Positions 37,701 through 50,342 of a stretch of 64,000 nt of DNA are shown here, piece after piece (positions within the stretch are counted from its first letter, which is position 1; each line of letters opens with the position of its first letter). The translations under genes and the position numbers were made by a program. Origin of the DNA: Asterias rubens (taxonomy: Eukaryota); assembly GCF_902459465.1 (NCBI RefSeq), contig NC_047068.1, forward strand, positions 14,198,001 through 14,262,000, in the 5' to 3' direction. The notes under the pieces are model-generated. The model was not told the origin of the DNA. It searched no databases and saw nothing but the letters and a program-made list of their open reading frames with translations.

Positions 37701-40700
37701 AAAACTACGCACTCTGGTAGGGACTGAAAACCCAATCCGCATGCAAGGCTCCAGCTTTAGGTGGGATTCAAACCGGGGTCCACAGAGGTGAAAGGCAGGG
37801 AAAGAAACCATTGAGCCAATCTCATCCCCTAGTTCCATGCAGCACTAAAGACCAAGAAAAATAAATTCTTACCACATATGTGACTGATGGAATGCTCTCT
37901 AATATCGGAGTGAAGTCCACTTATAAAAAGCACAGGAGAAAGTAAATTCTTACCATATATGTGACTGATGGAATGCTCTCTGATATCGGAGTGAAGTCCG
38001 CTTCTCAATCTAGCCGAGTGATGTAATGATGACATCATTCTTGAAGCTGAGGATGCAATAGTTGACGACGATGACCCATGGATAGATTCATCCGCTGCCG
38101 ATGCTGCTAGGTGGTCATGGGCCATTGAGGCACTCGCTGATGTGGAGTGGCGACTCACTTGGACAGAGCTGGACTTATGACCTCTGTAATTGATAGAATT
38201 ACCAAAAAACCTTATGCACTGACAAGTGAGATTAATTTTAAGCATAACACTGGAAAGGTCTATAGATGGATTGCACATGACATTATTGACCACCATCTTT
38301 GATGTAAAACAGAAAAGTGCACACGTATACGCACTGCACACAACTCTCAGCTAATGATAGCCAGTGATTTCAGTGTCGGTCCAATAATCGCACCTTCAGA
38401 CTAGTCCGTTGGTCTTGTATTTTTTTTTCAATTGAATAATAGGCTACCTCATTGTGTTAAATCTTTGTGAAAATATGAAACTATGAAAAATATTGTTCAA
38501 TTCTTTTGAGTATGGAAGTACACTTATTAAATTGACAACAATGACAAACAACAATTTTGTCATAGTGCTCCTTCAACTCATTTTGATTTTGATCTTGTAA
38601 ACAAAATTCTGGTCCAGTAAAATATTTTAGCACTGACCCCTGCGATATTTTCCACAAATTTAAGCCATGTTATAGTAAATTGATCCCATCTCTGTGTCTC
38701 TGTTACCTTGAAGTAAAAGAGGATTCATTGTGAGTGGTCTTCCTAGCCAACCGGTCACTTCGTCTGTTTGGACTTGCCGAGACCTCACGTTGGAAATGCT
38801 GCTGCCCTCGTCGCATCGGTGAGCTGGTATCCCGTAAAACAGAACCCTGGGATAGACGAGACATGATGGGTATCTGGTAACCGCTGTCCAGACTGGTCGT
38901 TGTGTAGCTGGAACTAAGAGGCAAATAAAAACACAAATATACAAACACCTGTTCTGTAACAGATTTCAAAAACATGGGATTTGAGGCATTGCATGGGGAG
39001 GTATCAATCTTGCCAGATTTATAATGTAAGTACACTTTCTAATCAGGTTAGGTTTGCGTAAGCACCATGTGTAAATCTCTTTTGAGTAGTATTGGTTTTG
39101 AAAAGAACCGGTTCATTTCAGAACCACCACTACTGAAATGAGGTTCACACATGGTGTTACCGAAAAGACCTTAACTGATATACTCCCGCAATGCAAAGTT
39201 TCAAATCCTTCTTTCACATTTTAATTAAATGATTATTACAGATGTAACACGGAGCGCAAATTTAATGTTTTTTTCACACGATAAAATCAATAACTGGAAT
39301 TAACTGCTAAAAAAGTGCTATCAACATTTTACAATAATTTACAATTTACATACTATAAAACACAGAATTGACTTTGTTATGTTTACAACAAAAATGATTC
39401 AGTTTCAAATTAATTAGCTGATAAAACATAAACAAAATAATTTAACAGAAATATTTTATGAGTGAGACACAAAACCATTAACTTTATTTACCTTCTTGAG
39501 TACGTATAATCAGTTTTCTCCCTGTAAAAAGAAGAATACAAAATAATAAACCATAGGGGCGACTGTAAATAAGTTTGGGTTTGAAAATGATAAATTTACA
39601 AGAGCGGGATATGAACCTGCAGCCTCTGGATTAAGATACTAGCGCTCTACCAACTGAGCTATCTAGCTTTATGTTGGCGTTCTCCCTATTATGTCAAGAT
39701 TATTTTTTGGGGGTGCCAGTCAGAAGCCATACAAATGTTAACTGCCATGTAGCCAGAGATCACAAACAATATTATGCTACTAAGAGGGGAAACAGCAGCC
39801 GAGGAATCTGAGAGGCATGTATGCTTCATTTTTGAAATGGCAAGGGCACCAAGGTATTTTCTCCTGGGTATAAAGGGCATCCTATGAGGAAATTGTAAAT
39901 TTCTACTGGAGCATTTCTGAAGGCAATCGCCTCCGTTGTCTCCGTGTAGTATCAGGCCTTAGATCACCAAAAGAGGAGCGACTTTAATATCAAATATCAA
40001 GTAATAAACCACAAGGGGAAACTAACTAAGTAAATTTCAAAAACAATTTTGGGTTTTAAAAAACAAAGACAAATTGACTAGAGCTGGACTTGAGCATGAT
40101 ACCTCCAGAATAATGTTCCAGCACTCTACAAAATCATAAAGTTACCTTACCTTGAGGCCAGCCATTCTTCAGTCTTTTCAGGAGAGTCAAATTTTAACCT
40201 TGGTCTGGAGACGAAAAAAGAAAACCATGAATGAATAAAAACTCAGCTAAACGGATTTATGCAAAAAATAGTTAATGGCCCAATGTTTTGACCCGAGCAA
40301 TCAAAAGCATTGCTGGATTGCAGTACACTTCTCAAAAGGCATATGGCAACAAGCGTATGTCTGTCTACACTTTGTTCAACCATAAAATTGGTCCGCTGAC
40401 AATTGCTAGTTAAAACCTTCGAGGACCAGTCAGAATTTTTGTCTAACTGGTCCTGTCCCCATCGCTAAATTTTACCTTAAAATATGGATTGGTGAAAAAA
40501 GCTTGTGAACTAGTGAAATGACAAGCTAACTGTTCCTGCAGGCTAGTCACTGAAAAAGAATAGCAAACCCTAGTATGCATAATGCAACGTAAATGTTCAT
40601 TATACATGTGGGTGCTTAGTGATGTGCACAACCGTGACGCTATAAAATATGTATTAAATGTCATTATTATAATCCCCACTGGCTTTATGGGTCAACTGGA

Positions 40701-43700
40701 ACAAAGAAGATTAAGATGCCTTTATGCATGGAAGCTAATTGTATTCACTTGAAAATTGGGTCAGGGTATTCCCGCTGCACAAGTCTTTAATGAGGATTTA
40801 AAGATTTTGAGTACTTTTTATACAACACAAAACATACATAATATAAAAGTCAACAGATTTACACCAAACTTACAGGGTTAAAAAATAATGATTAGATAGC
40901 TTCCCTTCAAAAAATATTACTTGCTGAGGTGCTGTAGTTTTTGAGAAATGACTTAAGCAATTTCACAAAAATTGTTTTTGTCTCATTGAGACTACAATTA
41001 TTTTAGCATGCACAATGGATTTATGTGTCTCTCCTAAAAACAAAAGCTCTGTGATTTTCATTTGTTTTCTTAAAAACAAAATTGACGATTACTGAGGCTG
41101 AAACTTCAACAGGCAAACTACATGTATTACATACATGTACAGCTTCATTCACAGTAAGAGACCATGGGCAAACAAGTTATCTACAAAAGGTATCCAAACC
41201 CAAAGTAATGTACACAGAAAAGTGTGCACCAAAAAGAAACATGTTTGCAAAGTCTTTATTTCACCATAAAAACAAAAACAACAATATAACTGAATAAAAG
41301 TAGAGACAAATTTCACAATACTGCAGCTCATGCACATGTGAGCAAACAACAATTTGGATATCGGAGACTTCCTCATAACAAAATGACAATGTCTTTGTCT
41401 GGGAAAAAGAAATAATTAATCACAAAAAAAGAGTATATGTATATTCTAGAGAAATAGAATTAGCTGTAACAAACTGTTAACAACTCAAAGGACCTACACG
41501 TATGGTATAAGTGCAAATAGAATTATTGGCCTGCCATTTCGACCTTAGCAGAGTCTTTCTTGAAGGCTAAAAAAAATATGTGAACTATTTTCTGCTGAGC
41601 TCTCACCAAACGACATGCAGCCTGAAATAATTTTCCCAACAAATTTCAAAATTTGGAAACAAATCACTGTACACATTGTTTACAATCACCTAACACATCT
41701 AGGTACACAGCCAGACTGACTTACGTTGTGAAGGCTCCCTCAACTTCTTCAAACCTGATTCAAATCCTAAGAACCCCGGCAAAACACAAGCTTCAAACAT
41801 GGCAGAGACAACTCATAATCGACTCTCCACGTGTACTGAGAAAACCACACACTAAAGATCTGCCACAACAGGAAGACCCCTGAATGTATTCCTAACCATG
41901 AATCGTTTTATACAGGATACCCTAGCACATTTACAACCGACAGGAAATGGTTAACTGGAGACGAAACTAAAACAGACAAGATGGTTCCTGGGGATAAGAC
42001 CCGACACCTACAACCGGAATATTATCACAAACAAAATATCAAGGCAACTCTCAATTTTCAATAACTACTTCCTTTCAAGGGACTGTGTACGGTAGTACAC
42101 TTTGTAGAAGAAAAACTAATTGTGAAGGATTAAACCAGTTTTGTACTAAAGTGAAACTAAAGCCAGGATTATACTTTCTGCAAATGCGAATGAGCCGAAT
42201 GTAATACAATGTCTACGTCACAACCCTGTTTTCACTGCCTGTGTTTGGCAGAAGTTGCCCGCACGAATGCGCAGGGAAACTCTTCCAAATTATTTGTTGA
42301 GCATTTGTAACATCCCCTTAAAAACATTATTTCACTTTAGGCCCAAATGCTCCAGGAAGCAATTTCTCAGAATCCGGGGGTTAGTTCATTCCCCATAAGC
42401 TGGGGGTAATTAACACTTGTCTTGTAGTCCTTGTACAATTTAGCTCAGTAAAGAAGGGGTGGGGGTGTGCATTATAAAAATTGTTTAGGCCCAGGCAAAA
42501 AAAAAACATGTTTAGCGTCCCCGCCCGCTTCCTTTTTACAGGCCGCCTCCTTTTTTATTTGTTATTTATTATTTGTTATTTTTTTGAAATAGGGTTATTT
42601 TAAATGATCTCAGCAAAAACAGTCCGAGTGTCTTGTCTGAATGCCTCGACTAAATTGTTTCATTTATATGTTTTGTGTATTTCAGCAGTAGAAAAAAAAA
42701 TGAATATTGGACATTTTAACAAAGAATGGCGGCCATCTTGAAATAAAAAATAAAAAATAAAAAGCCCCTCTTCCTCCTTTTTTTGAAAAACCCGGACGTG
42801 AAACATGGTTTTTTTTACACTCGGCCTTACCTAATGTAAAAGGGAGACTGGTAGTCATGATTATAGTAGGCATGTGGCTTTACATGGAATTATGCAGTCT
42901 AACCACTGGTCTAACCCAGTTACTGTACGCGCCGTCACATTAGTCATAATGGCAGTCACAATAGTCTTATCACAATTGCATGGTTCTCGTAGTAAGCCAA
43001 GAATTGAAGCTTACGGAGGCAGAGAATTACAATGCGTATGCCAGCCAAGTGCATTTCACACAGGTAAGCAGGGAATTTCTACTTCTGTGTGCGCAAGTCC
43101 ACATTACTAGGCTAGGCATTTTCCACTTACACAGCTAGCGCAGAAATTCGGCACTTGTCCTGTAAGTAAAGAATGGTGATCGTAAGAATGGATTCGACAG
43201 TACCGTAATCGGAACCATGAAATTGAGCCCTGGTTGATAATGACATCAGTCTCCCTTTAACTTGAGTGTTTGAGACTCTCCTGGGGGTCATTAAATGCTT
43301 GTTTCATCTCCCTGAGGCCAAGGTGTTGGCTAGGAAGATGGCATAGGCCAAACTGCTCTGGTGGATTTTATTTCCTAGACACTTAGCACGACCCAAGTAG
43401 AGATTACTAGGGTCAACTTCACAAGATCAGAATGCCTGACCCTGTAGCTTGTGATAGCCACTCATCACTCAGTTATGAGAAACTATGGAGAAACCAACTC
43501 AAAAGTCTGGTGTATCTGATCAGCAATCAGGGGTCAAAATTAAAGTGTATTTTCATGGTAGTCAGCAGGGCTAGTAACGCAGAATTTTGGTAGCCCGAAA
43601 AACACATGTCTTGAGTCACAGCACAAACTGGTCACCGAAAGTATTGCATTCTACATTTCATTTTAAATACCATCAGCACAGGTCATTATTGTTTGTGATG

Positions 43701-46700
43701 TTGATTTTTGCATTTTTTTCCACTTGCCCATCGGGCTATCAAACTGGAAAAATGAGTAGCCCGGCTGTAAATCTGGTAGTCACAGGCTAGAGGGCTAGTG
43801 GGAAATTTGGCCCCTGCTAATGCAATGCATAGGCCTAAAGTGTGTGTTCGAGAGACCGAGTCTTGACACTCTTAAAATTAATGGCAATACAAACTTGTAT
43901 GGTAAGAAGTACAGCAGCTTTTGATATGATAAAGCATTTTGAGAATCATTCAAACTTTTCCACCAACAAATTGAGTCTGAGAAATGTTACCGTCAGCAGA
44001 GCTCAGATTGTGTATTCCAATTACGAATAAGTCTTACTGCATGGAGATAACCAGTCCGAGTTTCAGTGATATCTCAAAAACGTGTACTACCTTTTAATTT
44101 GTTTTTTATTGTACTATGATTGAAACAATCGAACGGTTCCAAAAACACAGTTCCCCATCAATGACAATTGCTTGAACTTGACTAACAAATCCAAACATTT
44201 CGGGTGTGAGTGTACTTGGGATGGTATTTCACCATCAGAACGAGGGGGTGGAAGTTTTCAACACTATTTGCTTGTCACTTTACACAGAACGAAATGACAC
44301 ACGTATATCATAATACACAAAGTCAACCTACAGTGAGTAATTAAAGAGCTGTTGAGGTGTGCGTTTATTTGTTCTTATCCGATCTACAAACATCACCCTC
44401 CAGGAGTTGGTAGAATGATCTTTGATCCCATTAATGCCATAACTTGCAAAAAATTGCAACCACACCAAAAAACTAGCTATGTTAAAATCCCAAAGATTTA
44501 AACAAAAATAATTGGCAATTAAACAAAATCCAAGGACCTTGTTTCAATTAAGCATGCTAAGACCGGACTTCTAGGGTTTCGATGCCCCATTGTTTTGAAA
44601 AAATGGGCAACATTATCATCCATGACTTGCCTCCGACATTAGAACTAAGAGCAGGGTTCCTTCCATGCACAGGGCGTTTCAGGCCGATACAAGCAACTTG
44701 TGCGTTGATACACGCACATTTCGGCCAATTTTTTTTTTTAACAATTTCAAGAAAAACATCAAGACAAAACCATATGCTCCACATTGCACTGTGCTTTTTA
44801 AAACCAAGATAAAGTAGAAAACCTACGGAAGACCTTGTTTCAGTTCAACGATCTTCGGCTGAACTTCCAAAATTTGGGCACAGAATGCACTCACAGTTTA
44901 AAAAAATCGTAGGGATAACCCTAATAATAACACTCATGGAGACACAGTTACATGTAAATGTAAGGGAACTTCAGTAATACTTATCTAAGCTTCTTAATTG
45001 CCATTACAGTATTATCATTAAACAAATAATGAAGTGACCCTAATCTCCAATGTGCTGTGGCAGCTTATTGGATTTACTCTAAGATTATCTCACAGCATGC
45101 CTGAGAAACTCCAACATCTACCAGCTTCCAAAAATGCCCCCCCCCCCAAACAAAGGAAAACAGGATAATATACAATGGGAATAAAACTATGAAGACCTTG
45201 CCAGAGTGGAACCTACTTCCTCAAGACATCTGTACTGCACCTGACCTGAAGTCATTTAAGGCTACGCTAGACTCCATCAACATCCACCAAGCGACAGAAA
45301 AAGCGCATTACAACAACTAATGGTTTGCCAAGCTGCGTTGCGTTTAGACCCCTACCCAAAGTACGACGACAACCTCACCAGGTGTTTGTACAGAGACCAA
45401 TACAGATACAGATACAGATGAAGAACCTGTGTACAGCAGGCTCTTATGGGTTGAAGGGATACTGCATGTTACAGTTATTGTCCGTAAATACTATCTGATA
45501 CTTGAATATTGTTTGTTAATTTGAAGTTTGTCTACAAAAGATGCCAAAAGAACTGACAATATTTGTATACTCTATTTAGACACCAGGTTGATTAATGTGA
45601 AAGCAGGTCAGACATTGTGCCTTGCCAGTTATAATTCTGAAGACTCCTAAGGCCTTTTCACACGAGGAAATTAAGCAGGGTGTCCTTGGTCTTAGGAACA
45701 CAACGTTGTTTAATCCACATCGTGTGAAAGGTACCTCTACTTAAATAGGCACGGGTCCCTGGTCTTTTTAAGACCAAGGTCCAGACCTCCGTCTTGAAAA
45801 CACAACGTTGTGAAAATTATACCACGATCGCCCGTGTGTGCTGTGTGAATGAACATTGCTTGCGTAACGAAGGACCCTGGTGTGGCTGGAGCTACCACGC
45901 ATGCACGCAAGAAGAAACACATAGTGCAAGAAAATCGAGATGTTCGACCCCGTTGTGCGATAACGTTAAACCTTTGAGCATGTTTATGAGAACGTGTGTG
46001 CACGACTCCTTCAAGAGAGCAAGTTTTCAATGTTTAGCATGAGATCGTTGAGACATGTTTTAAAAAGTTCACTCTCGAAAATCAATTTGATTTTGCCTAA
46101 AATTCCATCATAGTTCTAGGAGTAGGCCTACGTAGCATTCGTTCGATAAGTTTCATGATCGAGCATAGAACGACATATTTATATAAAAAAACTTCAGTGT
46201 GCAACAAAATGCGTGCCAGATTTATGACAACATTCATCGGTAAGAATCTGCACTCCCCAGTTTATAATCGATTGTTACCTTTTCGGTTTGGAATTGGTGG
46301 TCGGCGCATGAGTGAATGGTTGGAGCAACTCAACTACACGTTCATTCTTCGTCCAAAACAAAAATCTTTTTTAGGGGCCGCCGATTCACGACAGTGCAGA
46401 AAAATCATTGGTACATACGTTGGCGATGCGGATATCAGTGAAATGGACAATGAACAATGTTGACCTTTAGCACCACAAAAGACGAATGTTCTGAAACACG
46501 GGACGTTGGTTTCTGCGCCGTGTGAAAGGTCCTGTTTGAGTTTGACCAACGTCCTTGGTCATGACAACTGGCACCGGGGACCAAGGACCCTAGTTTGACT
46601 TTGTCGTGTGAAAAGGGCTCTAGTGTGCCATGTCAGTGTCAAGGATGACACTCCTGTCGCAAAAACAAGAACTCTGCCATACACAAAGAGAAAGACTACC

Positions 46701-47669
46701 AAAGGCCGAAGGCTTTGATTTTGAGATCGACTTTTATTTTGCTTTTTTGTTGATGGCAAAAAGATTTTGTGGAACCGATCTGAGCTCACTAGGAGAGAAC
46801 ACAAGAGCCTAATTTTGGTGGGATGTGGTTTCAAAATGGTTGGCATGATAACTTCTTTGTGGAAATGATTTACATGATCTAGCAGAACGAACCAGTTATA
46901 TATGGGTAATATAGTCATAGGAAAATAAAGTGAAACAACTGAACAGAGCACTAATCCGTAATCCATATTTACAATGAAATCAGATTGCAGGATGGAAAAG
47001 TGTATTATCTACTTGAACCATGGAGGTGGAATTCTACCTCCATGCTTGAACCACTGTGTTATGATATTGAATTGATCAGTACAACAATAGCAATTTTAGT
47101 ATCGAAAGGTGAAGTTTGCCGTTGATTAGCGCTTCGATCAGTATATACGAGTTGTCAATCACCTGTTCTCTTCAGGACTAACACAACTCAAAACAGAGAA
47201 AATAAAACGACTTATGGGACTCTGTTTTGCAACGAGGAACTGAAGACAGTCTAGTGGCAGGACGGCCCTGTGTGACATTAAAACTTACATATTTATCAAC
47301 ATTAATTTCAATTTATGTCAATTATACTCCCATCTACTCCAAGAACTATGAGAATCGTTTCGCTATCATCTCCACTCAAACCTGGAGATGATAGCTGAAC
47401 CATGCTGTACCGAACCTCATAGTTCTAGGAATAACCTCCCACCATGGCCCATACAAATCCTATACTGCCCGTTATACTACTACTTTTAAGTATCACACCA
47501 ACGTCAACGTGTGGAAATGTGGCAATGATTCACAATACAAAAACTACATGGGTTTCCTAAAACTGCTAGGATATTACCTGTCACTGTTTGTTTGAGTCTG
47601 TGGCAAGAATGGTGAGATATCATCCTGACTCCTTAAGCTTCTTGTTCTCTTCTGATTCCGTAAATTCAT
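24853..47669 (-). CDS. SUN1/2: SUN-domain inner nuclear membrane protein (SUN1/SUN2 co-ortholog), 17 coding exons, ~1,495 aa
   Basis: Exons 5'->3': 47669-47578 (tentative first coding exon, with in-frame upstream TAA), 40204-40151, 39521-39492, 38913-38707, 38183-37954, 37155-36841, 36514-36415, 35966-35797, 34805-34741, 33478-33260, 32772-30554, 30204-30087, 29374-29285, 28083-27883, 26629-26462, 25284-25192, 24969-24853. Total 4488 nt, all GT-AG and in phase. SUN-domain motifs: [96 protein letters not shown] segment [26 protein letters not shown]; N-terminal DYTYSRSSSY resembles SUN1 GYTYALSSSY. The first exon is the least certain part. Confidence 0.93.
27366..27969. repeat. Four-copy 158-bp tandem repeat spanning the 3' end of a SUN-domain exon and its donor
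   Basis: Units start at 27366, 27524, 27682 and 27840, with scattered substitutions between copies. Each unit contains about 87 coding nt, CAG|GTAGGT and AACCCTTACCCTAACCCCAACC. Confidence 0.95.
28236..28752 (+). mobile_element. 5'-truncated R4/Dong-clade non-LTR retrotransposon (RLE domain) with (TAA)n tail
   Basis: [22 protein letters not shown]...LIDIAVPGD (frameshift) [20 protein letters not shown]...[13 protein letters not shown]...[15 protein letters not shown] is a restriction-like endonuclease. It is followed by a GGCTAC-GGGAC-GTAGCC hairpin and about 15 TAA repeats. Confidence 0.85.
28914..29172. repeat. 37-bp minisatellite, about 7 copies
   Basis: Unit ACAGTAAAAATGCATTGACATAAAGACAGTAGATACA with variants. 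Confidence 0.9.
32880..32991. repeat. Palindromic element (about 34-bp arms) of a family also present at ~39090-39210 and ~53960-54135
   Basis: ATCTATAAATGAGTTGGGGTGGTTCTGAAAAGAA ... TTCTTTTCAGAACCACCCCAACTCATTTAGAGAT. Confidence 0.75.
34106..34519 (-). mobile_element. Near full-length tRNA-derived SINE, probably Deu-domain type
   Basis: The minus strand has an A-box-like GTGGCCGATCAGTTAA, a B-box GGTTCGAATCCC, a central TCGGATGGGACGTAAAGCCG...TAAAAGAACCCAGTGCACTTATCGAAAAGAGAAGGGG resembling the Deu domain (recall), and a GCGCTATATAAG + (TTA)n tail. Related fragments lie at ~13555-13710 and ~51240-51410. Confidence 0.7.
35132..35491. mobile_element. Kolobok-like MITE, same family, opposite orientation
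   Basis: TTAA|AGGCAGTGGACAC ... GTGTCCAGTGTCT. Further partial copies lie at ~35996-36370 and ~53020-53280. Confidence 0.75.
37862..38000. repeat. 81-bp-period duplication of a SUN exon 3' end plus donor
   Basis: TAAATTCTTACCA(C/TA)ATATGTGACTGATGGAATGCTCTCT(A/G)ATATCGGAGTGAAGTCC occurs twice, with donors at 37954 and 37873. Confidence 0.9.
42484..42830. mobile_element. Harbinger-like MITE
   Basis: TTAGGCCCAGGCAAAAAAAAAACATGTTT ... AAACATGGTTTTTTTTACACTCGGCCTTA, imperfect TIRs. Confidence 0.5.
45195..45420 (+). mobile_element. CR1/L2-like LINE 3' fragment with (ATACAG)n tail
   Basis: Translates [26 protein letters not shown], the typical C-terminus of CR1/L2 ORF2. Confidence 0.6.
45651..46619. 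mobile_element. ~970-bp non-autonomous PIF/Harbinger element
   Basis: TAA|GGCCTTTTCACACGA ... TCGTGTGAAAAGGGC, with repeated subterminal CGTGTGAAAGG motifs and a GC-richer interior. Confidence 0.65.
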
Positions 47670-48346
47670 AATGGCATCCAAGTTCACTTCCTTCCACCAG
47701 CACAAAAATTACTCAAGTATATCCCAATCTGGTCTCAGGAGACTTGGTATTAGAAGACATGTATCTAGTAGTATGACCTTCCCTAAATGTATCCTTATCT
47801 AGTCATGGTCATCAATTTAAATGTCGGTCATGACCAAATTGGTAGTAACATAAAATGTGAAACATTAATATGTACTGGCCATATGCGAAGTACAATGTAC
47901 AATGTGTATACCATAGAGTGACTTACAAATCACACACTACACACACAACTAATGCACTATTCATAAAGGTCACACACTGTGCACAATGTATTCATCCTGT
48001 CTAGGTCACATATTGGGAGCTTCCATTCATTACACAGGGGTGGCATGTAATCAGTTGTTCTGCCAAGACAAGACGGACAATGCTGGTTGGAAAAAAAACA
48101 TGGCATGCATTGCTGTTAGCTTGGACAGAATGCCTAGGAACACAAGTTCATCACATGAAATTACTTCACGTCTTCGTAAATCAGTGAATTTGCTTAGTTA
48201 TTTTTTCTTTATGGACATTTTAGGTCAGGAAACATCCCTTCAAAAGCTAACTGGGGTCACAGGAATAGAATCGCCTAAAGGGACGCTACCTCCATTAGGC
48301 CAGACTACTGAGCAAACATAATAGCTCGTGAATATTCATGACTTAC

Positions 48347-49830
48347 CTGGCGGGTAGTTTAGAAGTTTAGATCAGTGAGGTGTAGACAGTCTACAGTGTA
48401 GACTCCGTCATTCAACGACTCAACATGAATTACACCTATGCTGCTAATGGATCCAAGCCGCCTCGTCCACTTATTTTCCATTCACCCACCAGCACTATAT
48501 TTATAAAAGATGAAAAAACATAACAAAAACATTTTTATACATTTTTCACTCAAACGTTAATATCGATCTACACTTTTACTTCTCTTTTGTTTTCATCCCA
48601 AAGTGCATAGAGACTTCTCTGTGATTGTGATATGCGCTCTACAAAAATGGTTCATCATAATTATTATTATAATTACACAAGTGTGGATAATAACAGCCAA
48701 CTTTTTAAGCTCTTTTTCCTAGCTAAAAAAAAGTCACTATTACAAATTGATAAATGAAAAAATAGACTTAGCTGTTGCAAACTGCTCACCAATTAAAATG
48801 ACCTGTAGTGGTATAAATGCAAATAAAGATGGTTGCCTGAAGTTTTGACCCTTAGCTAGCAAAAGCTTTCTCGAATGCTAAATAACAACACAACAAAACA
48901 AACATGCCCAAGATAACAATAGCAGTCAAGTGGGAAGAAATGAAGATAATTTTATAAAGAATTACTCCAGCCCAAAGACTAGTTTAGTTATCCCCTGTAG
49001 GAGAGGACTAGCTCCTGCTTGTCACCTTCAGCACTCGATCGCATACCCACCAACATTACAGTTTTTTCCTCACCATATTTGAGTTCTTCGTTTATTGTTA
49101 TTTGTTCTTTTTTACTTTGTCATTTTAAATAGAAAGTTATCAATAATAGAGTATTATTCTTGGAAAAGTTTCCGTATGGCGCCACCACTTTTTCATTCGA
49201 AATAAAATAATATAGTATCTAATTTACCTAATTGATATATCCCTTTTTGTAAAAATGAGTGAAAAAGTGGTGGCGCCATACGGAAAGTTATCCTTATTCT
49301 TTCTTGTTGTAATTTTTGGTTGCCAAGGATTTGTTGTGCCACGCAGGGAAATAACTTTACATAAAATGAACAAATGCAGTGCGGCAAAATTTCACTGTCT
49401 GGCCTTGTTTGGTGCCCCTTCAAAAGTTTCCCATAAACTTTCAGACTTTGCTGTGGACTCATGGAACCTGCCCTTTGCAAATTGAAAGTTACCTCCCTGT
49501 CAAATCTTTTTTTCACTATTAATTTATTTTTATCTCGTGACAATTGTATCAGAGTCCACAAATTAAAATGGCGGCACTTCTCTTGTTTGGCTTTGTTGGT
49601 TTAAGTTTATTACTTTTATATAAGAATTTACGCTTTCCAATCGCCAATGTTTGACTTCAACTTTGTGCCAATCTTCATCCACTTACTAAGCTAAAAAGCC
49701 AACAGGTTTTGATTTGACTTTGCTTACCTTTTTGAGGAAGAAAATAATGCAACTGCAAGGTCCAGAGGATGACACAGTCATGACAGTCCAACACGCGCAT
49801 ACAATTTCACCACACCAAAAAAATAATAAC
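48347..49830 (-). promoter_or_regulatory. Putative SUN promoter and non-coding 5' exons (48494-48347; alternative first exons ending at 49493 and 49728)
   Basis: Internal exon atatag|TGCTGG...CGCCAG|gtaagt. Donors GGGAG|gtaact (49493) and AAAAG|gtaagc (49728). YY1-like AAAATGGCGGC at about 49566-49576. Confidence 0.5.
49169..49286. mobile_element. Small hairpin MITE
   Basis: TTTCCGTATGGCGCCACCACTTTTTCA ... TGAAAAAGTGGTGGCGCCATACGGAAA, perfect 27-bp inverted repeat. Confidence 0.75.
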
Positions 49831-50342
49831 TTAGACACGTGCAGTTCATGTACAGTTATTTTAGTCAAAAAATATATTCTACCGGGCAGATGGTGAAAAC
49901 CGCAGACAAAATTTGCGTAAAATGGGCGTGGCATCAATGTTATTTATGGTCCCCTCCCATCATCCATCAGCTTCAAGAACTCCGATATGATGAAAACAAT
50001 TGATATTTATTATGGCTAAAAAAACACAATGTTATTATATAATTTTGTTTTAGAGCCATCCATTATTTTCAATCTTTCAAATATATAAATGTAGCAGGTT
50101 TATGGGTTTCCAAAAAGAAAAGCAGCAGCCGCTGCGGCTCCTCTCTAAAAATGTTGCTCTCTTTACATACTTATCACTAAAATCATCAACAGAGCCAATA
50201 AATTAGTAAAATGTTACGGTTAATGCACAATCATGGAAGTATAATTATATCCCATCAATCACTTTCTAGCTAATTATTGACAATAGCTTGCCCCCCCCAA
50301 AAAAAAAAACCCTTGCAGTACCGCCCACCTCTTCACAACTGC

